Part shown: positions 1 to 14,545 of the stretch, piece after piece
Position numbering within the stretch: position 1 is the first letter of the stretch
How the letters are laid out: every line of letters begins with the position of its first letter
DNA from: the human T2T-CHM13v2.0 reference genome, Homo sapiens
Assembly (NCBI RefSeq): GCF_009914755.1
Contig: NC_060926.1
DNA: 64,000 nucleotides
Direction: 5' to 3' (one strand)
Translations under genes and position numbers: made by a program
The notes under the pieces: generated by a model
Seen by the model: only the letters and a program-made list of their open reading frames with translations
The model's database searches: none
What the model was told of the DNA's origin: nothing

Positions 1-299
1 TTCCAGAGCAAAACCCCTCTGACTGGGAGCTGGGACAGAGGGACTCCTGTGTTTATATATGCTAAAGCCTAAAAAGAAGTTGTCATCTTGCTCATCTGGG
101 AGGTTGGGGCATGGAAGGTTCTTGACTAAAATACCACAGACTGAGTTTTCTTAGCAAATTATTATAGATTATCTTGAACAGATATTTCTTCATTAACTGT
201 GGGCCTTCAGAACAATTGCCAGAGATTTTTAACTGATTTTCTTTAAATAATTTTTATCAATTTCACTGGGAAGCAGGTCAGTGGAGCTTCTCATGATTT

Positions 300-1330
300 C
301 ATGTTCAAATAACTCTCCAATTGTTTCCTGTATTAATTGATATAATCATATGGCTTTATTTATTTACTTTATTGATACGATGGATTACATTCATGGAGTT
401 TTTAATGTTGCACAGACTTGAGTAGATGTAGAGTAGATGTAGAGTAGTACTTGAGTAGATGTAGAGTTCCACTTGAACAGATAGAATAAGTCATAGTATA
501 TAATAATTTTATATATTGTATTTGATTTGATAATATTTTGTTAAGAATGTTGCACCTACGTTAATAAGAGACATTGGTTTTAAGTTTTCCTTTTTTCTAA
601 TAAATGTATCTTACTTTAATGTTAGAATAATGCTGGCCTCATAGGATGAATCATGATGTGTTGCTTCTGTTTCTATTTTAGGGAAGAGGTTATGATTAAT
701 TGGTATGCGTTTTTCTTAAATGTTTGACAGAATTCACTACAAAATTTCATTTTGATTTCAGTAATATTTCCTATGACTTTTATTCTTTTACATTGTTAAT
801 GTGTATTTTCGGAACCAAAATGTTGTCTATCTTGTGAATGTTCTATTTGAGCTTGAGTAGAATGTGTATGTTGTTTGTTTGTGGATGGATGTTGAACAAT
901 GTGGTGGTTGTAAATATCAGTTTCATTAAGTGGATTAACAGTGCTACTTAAGTTATCTATATTCTTATTGTCTATTTAATGTGTCAACTACTGAGAAAAG
1001 CATGCTAAAGTCCTCAATTATAATATTAGTTTTCCCTCTTTCTCCTAACAGTTCTATCCATTTTTATCAGTGTTTTCCTTTTGGATTTTGACACCATCTT
1101 TTTAGGTGCATACGCATTTAGGATTGCTATCTCTTCATGGAGAATTGACCTTTTATCATTATGCAATGCTCCTCTTTATCCTTGATAAGTTTCATTACTC
1201 TAAATTCTACGTGGTCTGGAATTGAAAACAGAAGCTACTTCTGTTTTCTTTTAGTTGGTGTTGGCAAGGTCTTTCATTAACCATATTTCACTTTTAATTT
1301 ATCTCAGCTTTAATAGTTAAATTGGGTTAT
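300..1330 (-). mobile_element. Ancient LINE-1 (L1M) ORF2 fragments, antisense
   Basis: Degenerate antisense ORF2 tracts such as 'ttttaggtgcatacgcatttaggattgctatctcttcatggagaattgacc' and 'taatgctggcctcataggatgaa'; boundaries approximate. Confidence 0.65.
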
Positions 1331-1476
1331 ATTTATTTATTCTCTATTGCTTTTTTTTAAAGTAGACTCAAGTCTCTACAGACTAATTTTGCCATTTTTT
1401 TAAGCCTTAAATTTTTGTTGTTAAAAGGACACCCATTGCAGAAGGTGCTAAGAATTGAGATAAAGTTTTAGCTTGG

Positions 1477-1762
<286 letters not shown>

Positions 1763-2215
1763 TTAGCTTGAAGATTTTTGTAAACCATCTGAAATGGGCT
1801 GTGTTTTCTGCTTTATGTAGCTGCAGGTATAAAATTGTTCAAATCTCTCTACTATCTTTGTTTATGCCTCCCCTCTTGACTTTGGTCTTCTCTAAGTACT
1901 TCTCAGACAAAGTCTGAATCTTGAAGCTCTTTTAGCTAAAATTATCTTATTATACTGGGTCCCTTTAAGTGTGGTGGTAAGGTGTGGAAGAGCAGTGTTT
2001 TATAACATTTTGATTAAGTGTCAGTCCCTAACCCTTGTTGACTATGTTCCCTCCTACTTAGGTGAGATATAAAGCTAGAGGGGATGGAGTAGCAAGACTG
2101 TTCTTCCTCAACTGAGCTAATGTTTGCAGTCTTTTCTTCTAGAGTGAAGGTCTTTGTTATGCAAAAGATTCTAAGTGTATTTTGCAATAATTGCTCCTTC
2201 TTCCTACCAGGGCTA

Positions 2216-3784
<1,569 letters not shown>

Positions 3785-4127
3785 GAAATCATAATATATT
3801 GGAAATGTCATTTAAATGACAGTCTAGTTTTTTAAGAAAAATCAAAGTCCAGCTGAATCTTCAATAAATACCTTCAAAAAATATTATCATGTACAAAATA
3901 ATAGGGTGACAACATTGTAGAAAATGATAGAAAAATTATTTATATGTCATGTGAATAATCACTATTTTTTTAATTCCAAAAGCCCACCGTGTCTTTAAGA
4001 GACAAGATTAGTAAAATGTTAATAATTGTTAAAACCAGATGATGGGTTAGTAAAGTTCATTAAATTAGTCTCTATTTTTGCATATGTTTAAATTTTTATA
4101 ATAAAACATTTAAACATAAAAAAAAAA
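3785..4127 (+). other. L1 3'-transduced flanking sequence with its own AATAAA and poly(A)
   Basis: Lies between the L1 tail and the second TSD copy; AATAAA at 4100-4105, A run at 4118-4127, TSD AAGATTTTTATCATG at 2238-2252 and 4126-4140. Confidence 0.88.
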
Positions 4128-5375
4128 GATTTTTATCATGAGAACCTGATGGCATTCCTGGAAGTAAAGTACATGAAAACTGAGAGACTTCCCTAAGACT
4201 GCTGCCCCTAATGCATTTTTAACTCTCATGCTAGTTTTCACTTAGTTCTTAGGAATGAATCAGAATGGCCATTTATCTGCTGCTACCAGTTTATTACCAG
4301 TGACTTCTGCTCCAAGTAAGCAGAGCTCAGATGCAATATCCCTCTAGAAGTGCCTGTCACTTCAGATTCTGGAGTAACATTTCTCCTTTCAGGGTGATAA
4401 TTTTTCTTTCAACCTAAGTTCTTTTGTGTTCTTTTAAAGTCCACACATTAGCGACTAGAAGAACTTGGGTCTGAATATTTAGTTGTTCTTCCTCTTCCTC
4501 AACCCAGAAATGTAGAGCAATGCTTGAAAGGAAACCTGTAGGCATAGAGGTGCTTTCTTTTGTATTCTGAATTTTATTTCTGCTCATATTTATGAGACTC
4601 CTTTAACTATTTCCAAGAAAGTAGCAGTAATGGGACTTTAATGCTCTTTATAGCTGATAGGATTTGTTGCTTAGCACTTCAGTTTACATTTTTTTGCCCC
4701 AAACTGTAAGGTCTTCACATCAATCTCAGCCTCCAGCAGGGAAGATGACAAGCTTATCTGTATGAAAAGAGATATCTGTGAATGAATGCATTTTCAGGAA
4801 TTCTGTGAGAGGCATTAAATATATCTACTCTAATAGCTTTCTATGACACTTGAACTACTTAACTAACACATATATTTTCTGAAGATCAATAATTTGAGAA
4901 GTGTTTTATTCAAATAAAAAAGACATTATCTCCTTAGGCAGGGTCACCTAGTACTTCAATATAGATTAGCAACTAATCTCAGAGAACAAATTTTTCGGGG
5001 ACGAAAGAAAGCACCACGCCTGATAAGGTGCTGTGGTATGACCTAAAAGGAAGATGAGAGGGCATTAAAGACAAGCTCATCCTAACTCATAGCCTTGCTG
5101 ACAGTGATTCTAGTCATGAGCCAGTCAAACTACCCAGCATTTCCATCTTTGAGTGGAAGTGGAACTTTTTGCCTGCTGATTCACGTCCCTATTTAGTGTT
5201 CACATGCTAACCCATTTACTTATTTATTTAGTGCACTGCACAACTTTTTCCAGATCCAAATATTTGAATGGATTTAGGGTGAATAAACAGAGTCACTGTT
5301 TTTTTTTTTTTCACCAATGTTCTTCAAAATAAACCAAATATATATGAACATGTGACTATTAAATAAACTTTAACA

Positions 5376-5604
5376 GAGGGGTGACCAGTCTTTTGGGTTC
5401 CTTTGCCCATACTGGATGAAGAAGAATTGCCTTGAACCACACCTAAAATACACTAACACTAATGATAGCTGATGAGCTAAAAAAAAAAAAAAACTGTGAA
5501 AAAATTTCATAGTGTTTTAAGAAAGTTTACAAATTTGTTTTGGTCCACATTCAAAGCCATCCTGGGCCACATGCAGTCTATAGGCTGTGGGTTGAGCAAG
5601 CTTG
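5376..5604 (+). mobile_element. MER30 (hAT-Charlie non-autonomous DNA transposon)
   Basis: 'aaaatacactaacactaatgatagctgatgagctaaaa...ttgagcaagcttg'; 8-bp TSD ctttaaca (5368-5375) and ttttaaca (5605-5612). Confidence 0.9.
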
Positions 5605-6907
5605 TTTTAACACATAGAATAGATTGAAGAAAATTTTGTTTCAAATTAGCATACAATCCCATCACCCAGCATCAGAATAAAACAGTTTTTCGTGGTTTGT
5701 TCTTCCTAGTTAATATCCTACTGCATACAGAGTATTCTGACTTTTCTTGTGTCATTATGTTTTATACAATATTCACTTATGACTTTGCTGTATGGATAAC
5801 CTTTCTAATGTATGCATACCATTCAATTAAGTTAAATTAACATCATTTTTATTACCGTCTTGCTGAAATTGTAGTTTGTTTTCAGTAATAATCTTTTAAA
5901 GACCACAGAAAAAAAAATGACATTTGTGTGATATTATACTTTTCATGACAATTTCAACTTGACATATTTCTTCAAATGGAACCACTGTATAAACAAGAAA
6001 GGACATATTTATATTGTCTGGTGAATTTTGTCTAATTGCCTTTCCAAAATTATCAATAATTTTGTCCTTTGTTTCCCCATTATAACAGTGTAATTATGGT
6101 TAAGCAAATTTGGGGAAATCATTTTTGACTCTTTTTTCACTCCAGAGGAACAAAAATTAGTTTTTAAAATTTTTATATGCATTGTTCCTACTATTTTTAT
6201 TTACACATTTGTAAATTATTTATTTCTTCTCTTTCTGCTTTTTTAAAACACCAACTAGAGTTGAAGATTTTCTTTGCATCTCTGACATTAACAATAAAGT
6301 ATATACTGGGCAATGGTGAGGCCATTACCAAGAAATCCTCACCAGAAATTAGGGCGGTGGAATTCACTGAGAAAACTTAGAGAATGGTATAATCACAGGT
6401 GTGTTGGTCCCCTTTGCCCATTTCTTCCTAGGGTGGTTTCCAGAGTTCTAGGAGCATTTCAGGGCAGACTGAAGGGGAGAAACCAGAAGCCCTGGGCAAT
6501 GGAGCTTCTAATGTGTACATTCATGAACAGACCAGCCCTTTCCATGCTGTGAGTGGGTGCTGGGGTGCAATGGCAGTATAATGTGGTAGAAACATGGCTA
6601 CAGCCCTATCCTTCTAGCTCAGCTTTATTGCTGATTTAAGCACTAGTTTGTAACTAGTTTCCATGTACATTTGTAGGAAACCAACTCCTTTGTGGGGGTA
6701 CAACATGCAGGAGATAATAAAAAGTTAGTCTTTATCTTCCCTGTACTCCAATATTAACTATGATATCTATTGATTGAATTACTTGTGGTAAATAGCTTGA
6801 CTTCTCTCTTTTTCAGTTTCTTTATCTCAATGATACTGACATAAAAACTTTGAATATTTACACATAAGAATGATTTAATGACGCTTAATTGAAAATGTTT
6901 ATGTATG

Positions 6908-7051
6908 AAGTTATAGAAATTTTTCAGAAAATAATGATGATGTCTCTTTTCAGTCCATTACTAGAATCATGGTGAAATGTACTTTAACATTAGAACAGTT
7001 TGGATGTTCTAATGTAGCTACAACCCCTGAAAATGGATCCTATGAGGATAG
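6908..7051 (+). repeat. ~144-bp local direct duplication, copy 1 (copy 2 at 8921-9061)
   Basis: 6941-6983 and 8951-8993 match at 42/43 nt, and similarity continues to 'aaaatggatcctatga.gatag'. Confidence 0.92.
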
Positions 7052-7193
7052 GCACCCAGTGACTATGCCATTTAACTAAGGTTACTTCCTTAGATATTGG
7101 TGATTGATCCAGGCCAGCTGAATTCTCTCATGTTAGGATTTGGAATGCAGAATAAATGAAGACAGATCCTGAAAATCACTGATGTTATTAAAT

Positions 7194-7547
7194 TGTATTA
7201 GTCTGTTTTCATGCTGCCAATAGAGACATGCCCGAGACTGGGCAATTTACAAAAGAAAAGAGTTTAATGGACTTACAGGTCCTAGTGGCTGGGGAGGCCT
7301 CATAATCATGGTGGAAGATAAAGAGGAGCAAGTCACGTTTTACATGGATGGCAGCAGGCAAAGAGAAGGCTTGTGCAGGGAAACTCCCCCTTAGAAAACC
7401 ATAAGATCTCATGAGACTTATTCACTATCATGAGAAAAGCATGGGAAACACCTGCCCCCATGATTCAATAACCTCCCACCAAGACCCTCCCACAACATGT
7501 GGGAATTCAAAATAAGATTTGGGTGGGGACATAGTCAAAACATATCA
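7194..7547 (-). mobile_element. THE1 (ERVL-MaLR) solo LTR
   Basis: tgtattagtctgttttcatgctgc...gggtggggacatagtcaaaacatatca; 5-bp TSD TAAAT at 7189-7193 and 7548-7552. Confidence 0.93.
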
Positions 7548-8006
7548 TAAATAATAGGTATAATCTAAACAAAGACGTTTACACTCATACCCCTGCTGCT
7601 AATGCCTTCTAGATGCTTGCATTGCTTTTTTACTGAGTCATGTTTGTTCATCTCCTCCTTTAAAACCAACAGTCATTCTCCTTGTAGTCCATTATATTTG
7701 CCTTTTGTAACAAAGCTGCCATTGGTCAGAATCAGAGTCAGGGTCACTTGCATACAAAAGGAGAATCATTCTAATGGTATAATTACTCATGTCTATTTTT
7801 ACTCATCTTATAGTAATATGGAGCCCCTTAGTGACAGGTAGGGGCAAACAAGTCCACATTGCTCACTTTTGTCCTGTTTCCTTTGACAAATCCTGATTTA
7901 TTGAATGCCTACTAATTAAAAGACTCTTGTGCCAAAATTTTAGTTTTAGTACTTTTTCCCTTTACATTTTTTACAACTTTTTAATTTAAGAATTATCGTT
8001 ACCTTA

Positions 8007-8278
8007 GCCAGGTCATGGTGGCTCACGCCTGTAATCCCAGCACTTTGGGAGGTGGGTGGATCACTTGAGGTCAGGAGTTTGAGATCAGCCTGGCCAACAT
8101 GGCAAAACCTTGTCTCTATTAAAAATACAAAAATTAGCTGGGTGTGGTGGTGCTTGTAGTCTCAGCTACTTGGGAGGCTGAGGCAGAAGAATGGCTTGAA
8201 CTTGGGAGGTAGAGGTTGCAGTGAGCCGAGATGGTGCTACTGCACTACAGCCTGGAAAACAGAGCAAGACTCCATATC

Positions 8279-8316
<38 letters not shown>
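8007..8316 (+). mobile_element. Alu (AluS-type) with a 37-nt pure A tail
   Basis: Alu dimer; degenerate TSD aagaattatcgttacctta (7988-8006) and aagaattagtgatacctta (8315-8333). Confidence 0.95.
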
Positions 8317-8318
<2 letters not shown>

Positions 8319-8519
8319 ATTAGTGATACCTTAGATGTGGAAACTAGAACTTGCAGATATTAAATACTTTGTTACTGTTCAAACAAGTGTAAAATTGCTG
8401 AGTAGCCTGCCTAATATCACAGTCAACTCTGTTTCTACTGTCACTCCACTTTCCTTTTTTGAACTTCAATATAAATAACAATAGATGATGAGAACTTTAT
8501 AAAAGTCCATAGGTTACAG

Positions 8520-9290
8520 ATACTTTATTTTGGCTTTCCAAGGGTTAGGCTGCTGACAAGGGAGTGGGAATGATCTTAGGGGAGGTAGCGAAGCTTTCTA
8601 TCCTATGATAGTAACACCGAGATAGAAAACAGCATGCAGAAATATGCTTAGGGAACAATCTGAGGCAACACACCTGTGGGGATTGAAGAAAGTAGGCGTG
8701 GGCAGAGGGAGGAGTAGAACAGTATCACATTCAAAATGAAAACCTTAACTGATTTTGTAGGAGTGCAGGAGCTGGGTGGCACTCATATTTGCTCCACCTT
8801 GCATGAAGGAAAGAAGTCTTTATAACCCCACATATATCAGAAATTGGGTTAGGCTACTGACAAGAGGGCGGGAACGATCTTATCTTTGCTAAGATTCCCT
8901 ACATCCTGAAAATACTTAGAAAGTTAATGAAGTTTTTCAGGAAATAACAGTGTCTCTTTTCAGACCATTACTAGAATCATGGTGAAATGTACTCTAACGT
9001 TACAACAATTTTGATGTTTTAATGTAGCTGTAATCTCTAAAAATGGATCCTATGAAGATAGAAATTTGGAGTGGGCTCTTGCGTTCCTGTGAAACAGCTT
9101 ATATTTTCATTTTGAATGTGATACTGTTCTGCTTGTCACTCTGCCCACTCCTACTTTCTATCTGCATAAGATAGAAAGCTTTGCTACCTTCCCTAAGATC
9201 ATTCCTGCCCCCTTGTCAGCAGCCTAATCCAATGTCTGATAGAAGTGGGGAAATAAAGACTTCTCTGGGTGTCACAGCATGGCCTTCACT
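8520..9290. mobile_element. Ancient ERVL-type LTR (LTR33/LTR40-like), internally rearranged
   Basis: 'caacacacctgtggggattgaagaaagtaggcgtgggcagagggaggagtagaac' resembles old ERVL LTR consensus; it contains direct and inverted internal copies. Confidence 0.5.
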
Positions 9291-9428
9291 GCAATTCATG
9301 TCTTGTGCCACTTGGATTCAATTCTTTGCATTATAAATTTAAGAAACACTTCCTGCAGAATTCTGCCTGGGGTCTTTTCCTGGGAAATCTTACAAAAAGA
9401 CGAAATTAATTGGACATGTTATAGACCT

Positions 9429-9838
9429 TGTTATGGGTTGATTTGTGTCCCCTCACCCACAAATTCACATGTTCAACTTCTTGCCCACAATATCTCAGAG
9501 TGGAACTACATTGGAAATAAAGTAACTAAAGAGGTGATTGTGTTAGTATGAGACTCTTAGGATGGGATCCTACTTCAACATGATTGGTGGCATTGTAATA
9601 AGAGAACATCTGGACACATAAAGGGACAGCAGGGATGAGTGCACACAGAGAAATAGCCATGTGAGGACATATCCAGAAGGTGGCCATCTGTAAGCCAAGG
9701 AATGCCTCAGGAATAACCAAACCCACCAACACCTTGATCTAGAACTTCTAGTCTCAAGAACTGTGAGAAAAAAATTTCTGCTGTTTGAACTATCCATTGT
9801 GTGTTAGTTTCTTACGGTAGCCTGAGCAAACTATAACA
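9429..9838 (+). mobile_element. MLT1B-like MaLR solo LTR
   Basis: tgttatgggttgatttgtgtcccc...gaaggtggccatctgtaagccaagg...caccttgatctagaacttc...aaactataaca. Confidence 0.88.
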
Positions 9839-10359
9839 GAACTCTTAGCTTTTTCTCATGTCTCAGTTGCACTTAATTGTCATTTTCTGCATCTCTACTG
9901 CAGATTCTAGATCGCTTCATTCTCAGCCACCAACTGTGCTGGAGTAGGTGGCATACACGGTAAAATACTTAGCATACTCAGACTAACATAAATTTTTCTA
10001 CCACTGAATCTTGGTAACTTAGAGCAGTAACAAAAATTGCAAATGTTTAGACTCTGTTATTAAATTATAGTTCAAGCAGTTACTAAGTTTCATCATATTT
10101 TCTTGTGACAAATCATTTAAAAGCAAAATTGAAAATCTACAATATAACTATTCACTCTCATTAACTAATCTAGAGAGACAAATGTCTGTGCTATTGTTAG
10201 AGGAAACAAAACTGTGAAATATAATATATTGGCACCCATGATAAATAATTCTTCACCCAATACTTGAGAAGTTTCACTGAATTCCATGAGAGGGAAAGAA
10301 AAAGTACAGATAAGTACATTTAAAGAAATTACATCTTTAAATTTTATTAAAAATGACTA

Positions 10360-10688
<329 letters not shown>

Positions 10689-11152
10689 TCAGAATTCTAA
10701 AATCAACAATTTATTTTGATTTGTGTAATTATGAATAACCTCTTTTATATTTGTTTAATCTAAGTTTTGTATTATGGTATTGTTTTAATAATAGAGTATT
10801 AATGTTTTGTATTCTTGAAGAGGAACTTAGATTCATATAGATGTAATTGTAGGAAGATTTTCTTTTCCTTCTGTAAAATGCCAATTTAAAAAGGGAGAAT
10901 GGAAGAAGAGTTCAGAACCTATAAGAGTTTTTATTTACTACATGCATACACTCTGCTGTTAGATAAGAGTGAGCAACATTTAGGCTGGGGTCATCATTTA
11001 GTATTTTATATGAATTTATCTGAGGCCATAATGGGGCAAGAATATCTCTATTCTAAATAGCAGCTAAATGTTAGTTAACGCAGATAGGGACAAAACTAAT
11101 AAATTCCCTTTTATTGTTGCATTAATTTATTTAACATGTATCTTATATATCC

Positions 11153-11630
11153 ACATGCATTCCAAGAAATGGAAGACATTATGTTAAGTGAAATAAGCCA
11201 AGTACAGAAAGACAAATTTTCCATGTTCTTCCTCATATGTGGGAGCCAAACATTTAAAAAAATTAAACTCATGGAGACAGAGAGTCAAATGATAGTAACC
11301 AGAGGCTGGGAAAAGTAATAAGGAGGGTGATATAAAGTGAGGATAGCTAATGGGTACAAAAATATAGTTAGATAGAATGAGTAAGATGTAGTATTCAGTA
11401 GCACAACAGGGTGAATATAGTTAGTAATAATCTATTGTATATTTTGAAATAACTAAAACAGTGGAATTGTAATGTTCCTAACACAATAATAAATGCTTGA
11501 GATTTTGGCTATCCCAATGACTCTGATTTGATTATTACACATTGTATGCCTGTTTGAAGACATCGCAGGTACTTCATAAATGTATACAACTATAATGTAC
11601 CCAAAATAATAAAAAGTAATTTTTAAAAAG
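11153..11630 (+). mobile_element. L1MA 3' end fragment
   Basis: 'gacattatgttaagtgaaataagcc...accagaggctgggaa...atgggtacaaaaatatagttagatagaatg...attacacattgtatgcctg'. Confidence 0.88.
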
Positions 11631-12894
11631 AACTGTGAACTTGAGATGCTGCAATAAATAAAGGAAATGTCACTGTGTTCAGTGAAGTTATAATTTAGTG
11701 TTGGATTCCATTTTTAAAAAAGCATGGTTTGCGTGCTTGGCCCCTTGTGTTATTGGGGGTTTAAGCTAGCCTCAAGAAGATGAACTAGTATTTGTATTGT
11801 AGACAGTAAAGTACCAATTGCCACAGTCTGCTGACAGGTATATTTCTCAGTTTTTTTTTTCCATTGAATACCAACTCTAATTGGAATATTTAGCAGTTTA
11901 CAAAAATAAATTTAATTAAAAATACTGTGGTCTAAATAAGCCTTTTAATGTGAATATTTTTGAGCTTCTGTAACATAAATATGGTTATCAGGTATTCATG
12001 TCTTGCAACATTCAAACAACTTTTTCTACACATTATAAATTAGTGTCTGGAGTCTCTAAAGACAAAATGTCTGCTCCATTACTCCTCAAATGAGGGCAAA
12101 AGTACTTTTCTTCCTGGCTGATAGAATATTAGACACGATGCATGGAAAGTCTTTTTCAAGTTCCTTTTCTTTTGGTATCACTCCCTAGTTATATTCTTGA
12201 CCTTATCCTCACTACTCACTCCCTTAGGTTAAACTATCGTATTTAGGTTAAACCACATGTGAGTTTTAACTTGTGTATATTTATGATGGTCAAAAGTCCC
12301 TATCTCAATCTCTGAGCTGAGCTTCAGATATAGATGTATCTTTTTGAGTATGCCACATACCTTGAAAATCAGCAAGTGAAAGAAGTGAGCTTGTCGTTTC
12401 CCACCTTCCCTTCCCAAATTTGTTATTTCTTCTAGGCCCCCTTAATGACTCTCATCCAGTGGAAAAAATGTAGGCATTATTCTTGATACTAAGCTAAAAT
12501 ATTACATATACACAAGATGCATAATGAATAAAATTGTTCATGGACTCAGGCCCCACCCAGTCCTTTGGACAATCCTCTGCATTATCTGCTTCCAGAGGGT
12601 AATGAGGAAGAGAAAGTGTGGTGGAAGCATAAACTTCTGGAAGGTCCCACAATTCTTCTGCTTAAAACCCATTGGCAAAACTAAACACATCTTGTATTCT
12701 TTCACAGCTATAGTTTAAACTATCAGAGTTGTTAGTTTTTTTTTTTTTTGTGATCGTCTTTTGCACTCTTTGTGTTTCCACTTAAAAGTAAGCTGACATT
12801 GAAAATTGTATTACATTTCAGTGCACAGCTATACCTAACACAGTATTTAGAATATAAGATTTAAAAATCTTGCTGCATAAATATGCGGCTATTT

Positions 12895-14545
12895 TTCCAT
12901 TCATTTATGGATTCTACAAGTATGATTTGAGTATCTACTATACAGAGAAAATACTAGGAGCTATATATTAGTGAGCAAGACACACTTTTTCCTCATGAGC
13001 TTATGCATTAAAGGATGGAAACAAGAAATAAACCAAAGAGCAAATATATGTCACATGATGAGGTTACAGATAAAGTAAGGAAAATGGAGAATGCCAAGGC
13101 AGGAAGGTTATTTTGTAAAAAGTTTTCAGAGAGGTTCTCATTGAAAAAGTGGTATTTGAATAAAGATTTCCTGAATGAAGAGAGGCAATGAACCATACAG
13201 GCATCCTAGGGAAGATCACTCTGTAGCAAGAACGGCAAGGGTAAGGATCCTGAGGAAGACTCTTTTTGAATTAAGGCTACAATAAAGAGCTGGTGCATTG
13301 GAGTAGAATGAATCAGATGGAAAGTATCGAAAACGAGGTCAGAGATACAGCGGGGGTCCTGTTCTTATAGATCTGTGGTCCAGAGTAAAAGCATATCACT
13401 TTAGAATGAGAGGAGAAAATATTAGTGTTTGAACAGAGGACGAAGGTGAATTATGAGGCTACTGTAGTAAAAAAGGTGAGAGATGATGTGGCTTGAACCA
13501 GGGTGATGGCAGTGGAGGGGACAATATGGCCAGATTCTGGATATATCTTGAAAGAAAGCCCAGGAACTTCATCACAGGACTGGAAACACACAGTGGTTGC
13601 AAGGAGTCAATGATGGCTCCCATAGTTTAGGCCTGATAATGTAGTCATTAATATAGATCACCAAATATTTCTGATTGTTCTCAAACTAATGGATTTTCTT
13701 TCCTCTTCTTGATACATAGGAGATATGTATTCCATACCCTTTGCATTTGGGTATAGGCTCATACATGTATTTGTCCACTGAAATATGAATAGAAGGGATA
13801 TGTGATCCTTTTTGGTGGCACTTTGAATTGCCAATATTTAATTCATCAAATATTCTTTATCTGCCTGCCAAAACCGGCAATGTCTCAGATACTGAATCCA
13901 TCAGTGTGGATTCTGAAGTAAGGAAAAAATGGGGTAGGTCTTTAGCCTACTTCAAAGTTGATGTAGCATGAAAGAGAAGAATGAACTTTGTTGTTCCAGT
14001 TCACTGAAATTCTGGAGGCTCTTTGTTACTGTGGCATAACCTAGATCATGTGTGACTAATATAGGTAGAAATAGCATCTGGAAGGACGGGATCATATTTT
14101 ACTAAGATTGAAATGACCAGGGTAGGAAGAACAATTAGAATTTTAGTTGGGCACATTGAATTGAATTGAAGTCCATCAGAAATTTAATTCTAAATGTTGC
14201 ATAGGCAATGAATATAAGTCAGTATAGTTCAAGATAGAGGTCTTGGCTGGAAATAAAAGCTTAGAGTCCAGGAGAATTGAGCATTTAAAACAAGATTGTA
14301 TGAGATGGTAAGAGTAGAGATTTTAAGACCTTGAAGTATGTCAATATTTTAAAGTTGGAGAGATAAGGGGGAAAAATGAAGACTGAAAAAGAATTGCCAG
14401 TAATGTAGACTGGATGGTGTCTCTATAGTTTAGAAAAAAATGTTAAAATGGAGGAAATTATCAAGTATGCTAAATGCTGCTGAGAATTTAAATATGATTG
14501 AATTTGAAAATTTACCATTGGATTTAGCAATGTGGAGATCATTAG
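12895..14545 (-). mobile_element. L2 element (3' portion), interrupted by an MLT1 LTR
   Basis: 'cattcatt...tttgagtatctactat' L2 3'-end pattern followed by purine-rich L2 body ('gagagatgatgtggcttgaaccagggtgatggcagtggag', 'ccattggatttagcaatgtggagatcatt'). Confidence 0.75.
13640..14062 (+). mobile_element. Old MLT1 (MaLR) LTR
   Basis: Starts tgtagt and ends 'aactttgttgttccagttcactgaaattctggaggctctttgttactgtggcataacctag...tgactaatata'. Confidence 0.7.

Noticed and set aside
5010-5040. Adjacent GATA (tgataa) and RUNX (tgtggt) motifs as an enhancer
   Set aside because: Short motifs occur frequently by chance and cannot be supported without chromatin or conservation data.
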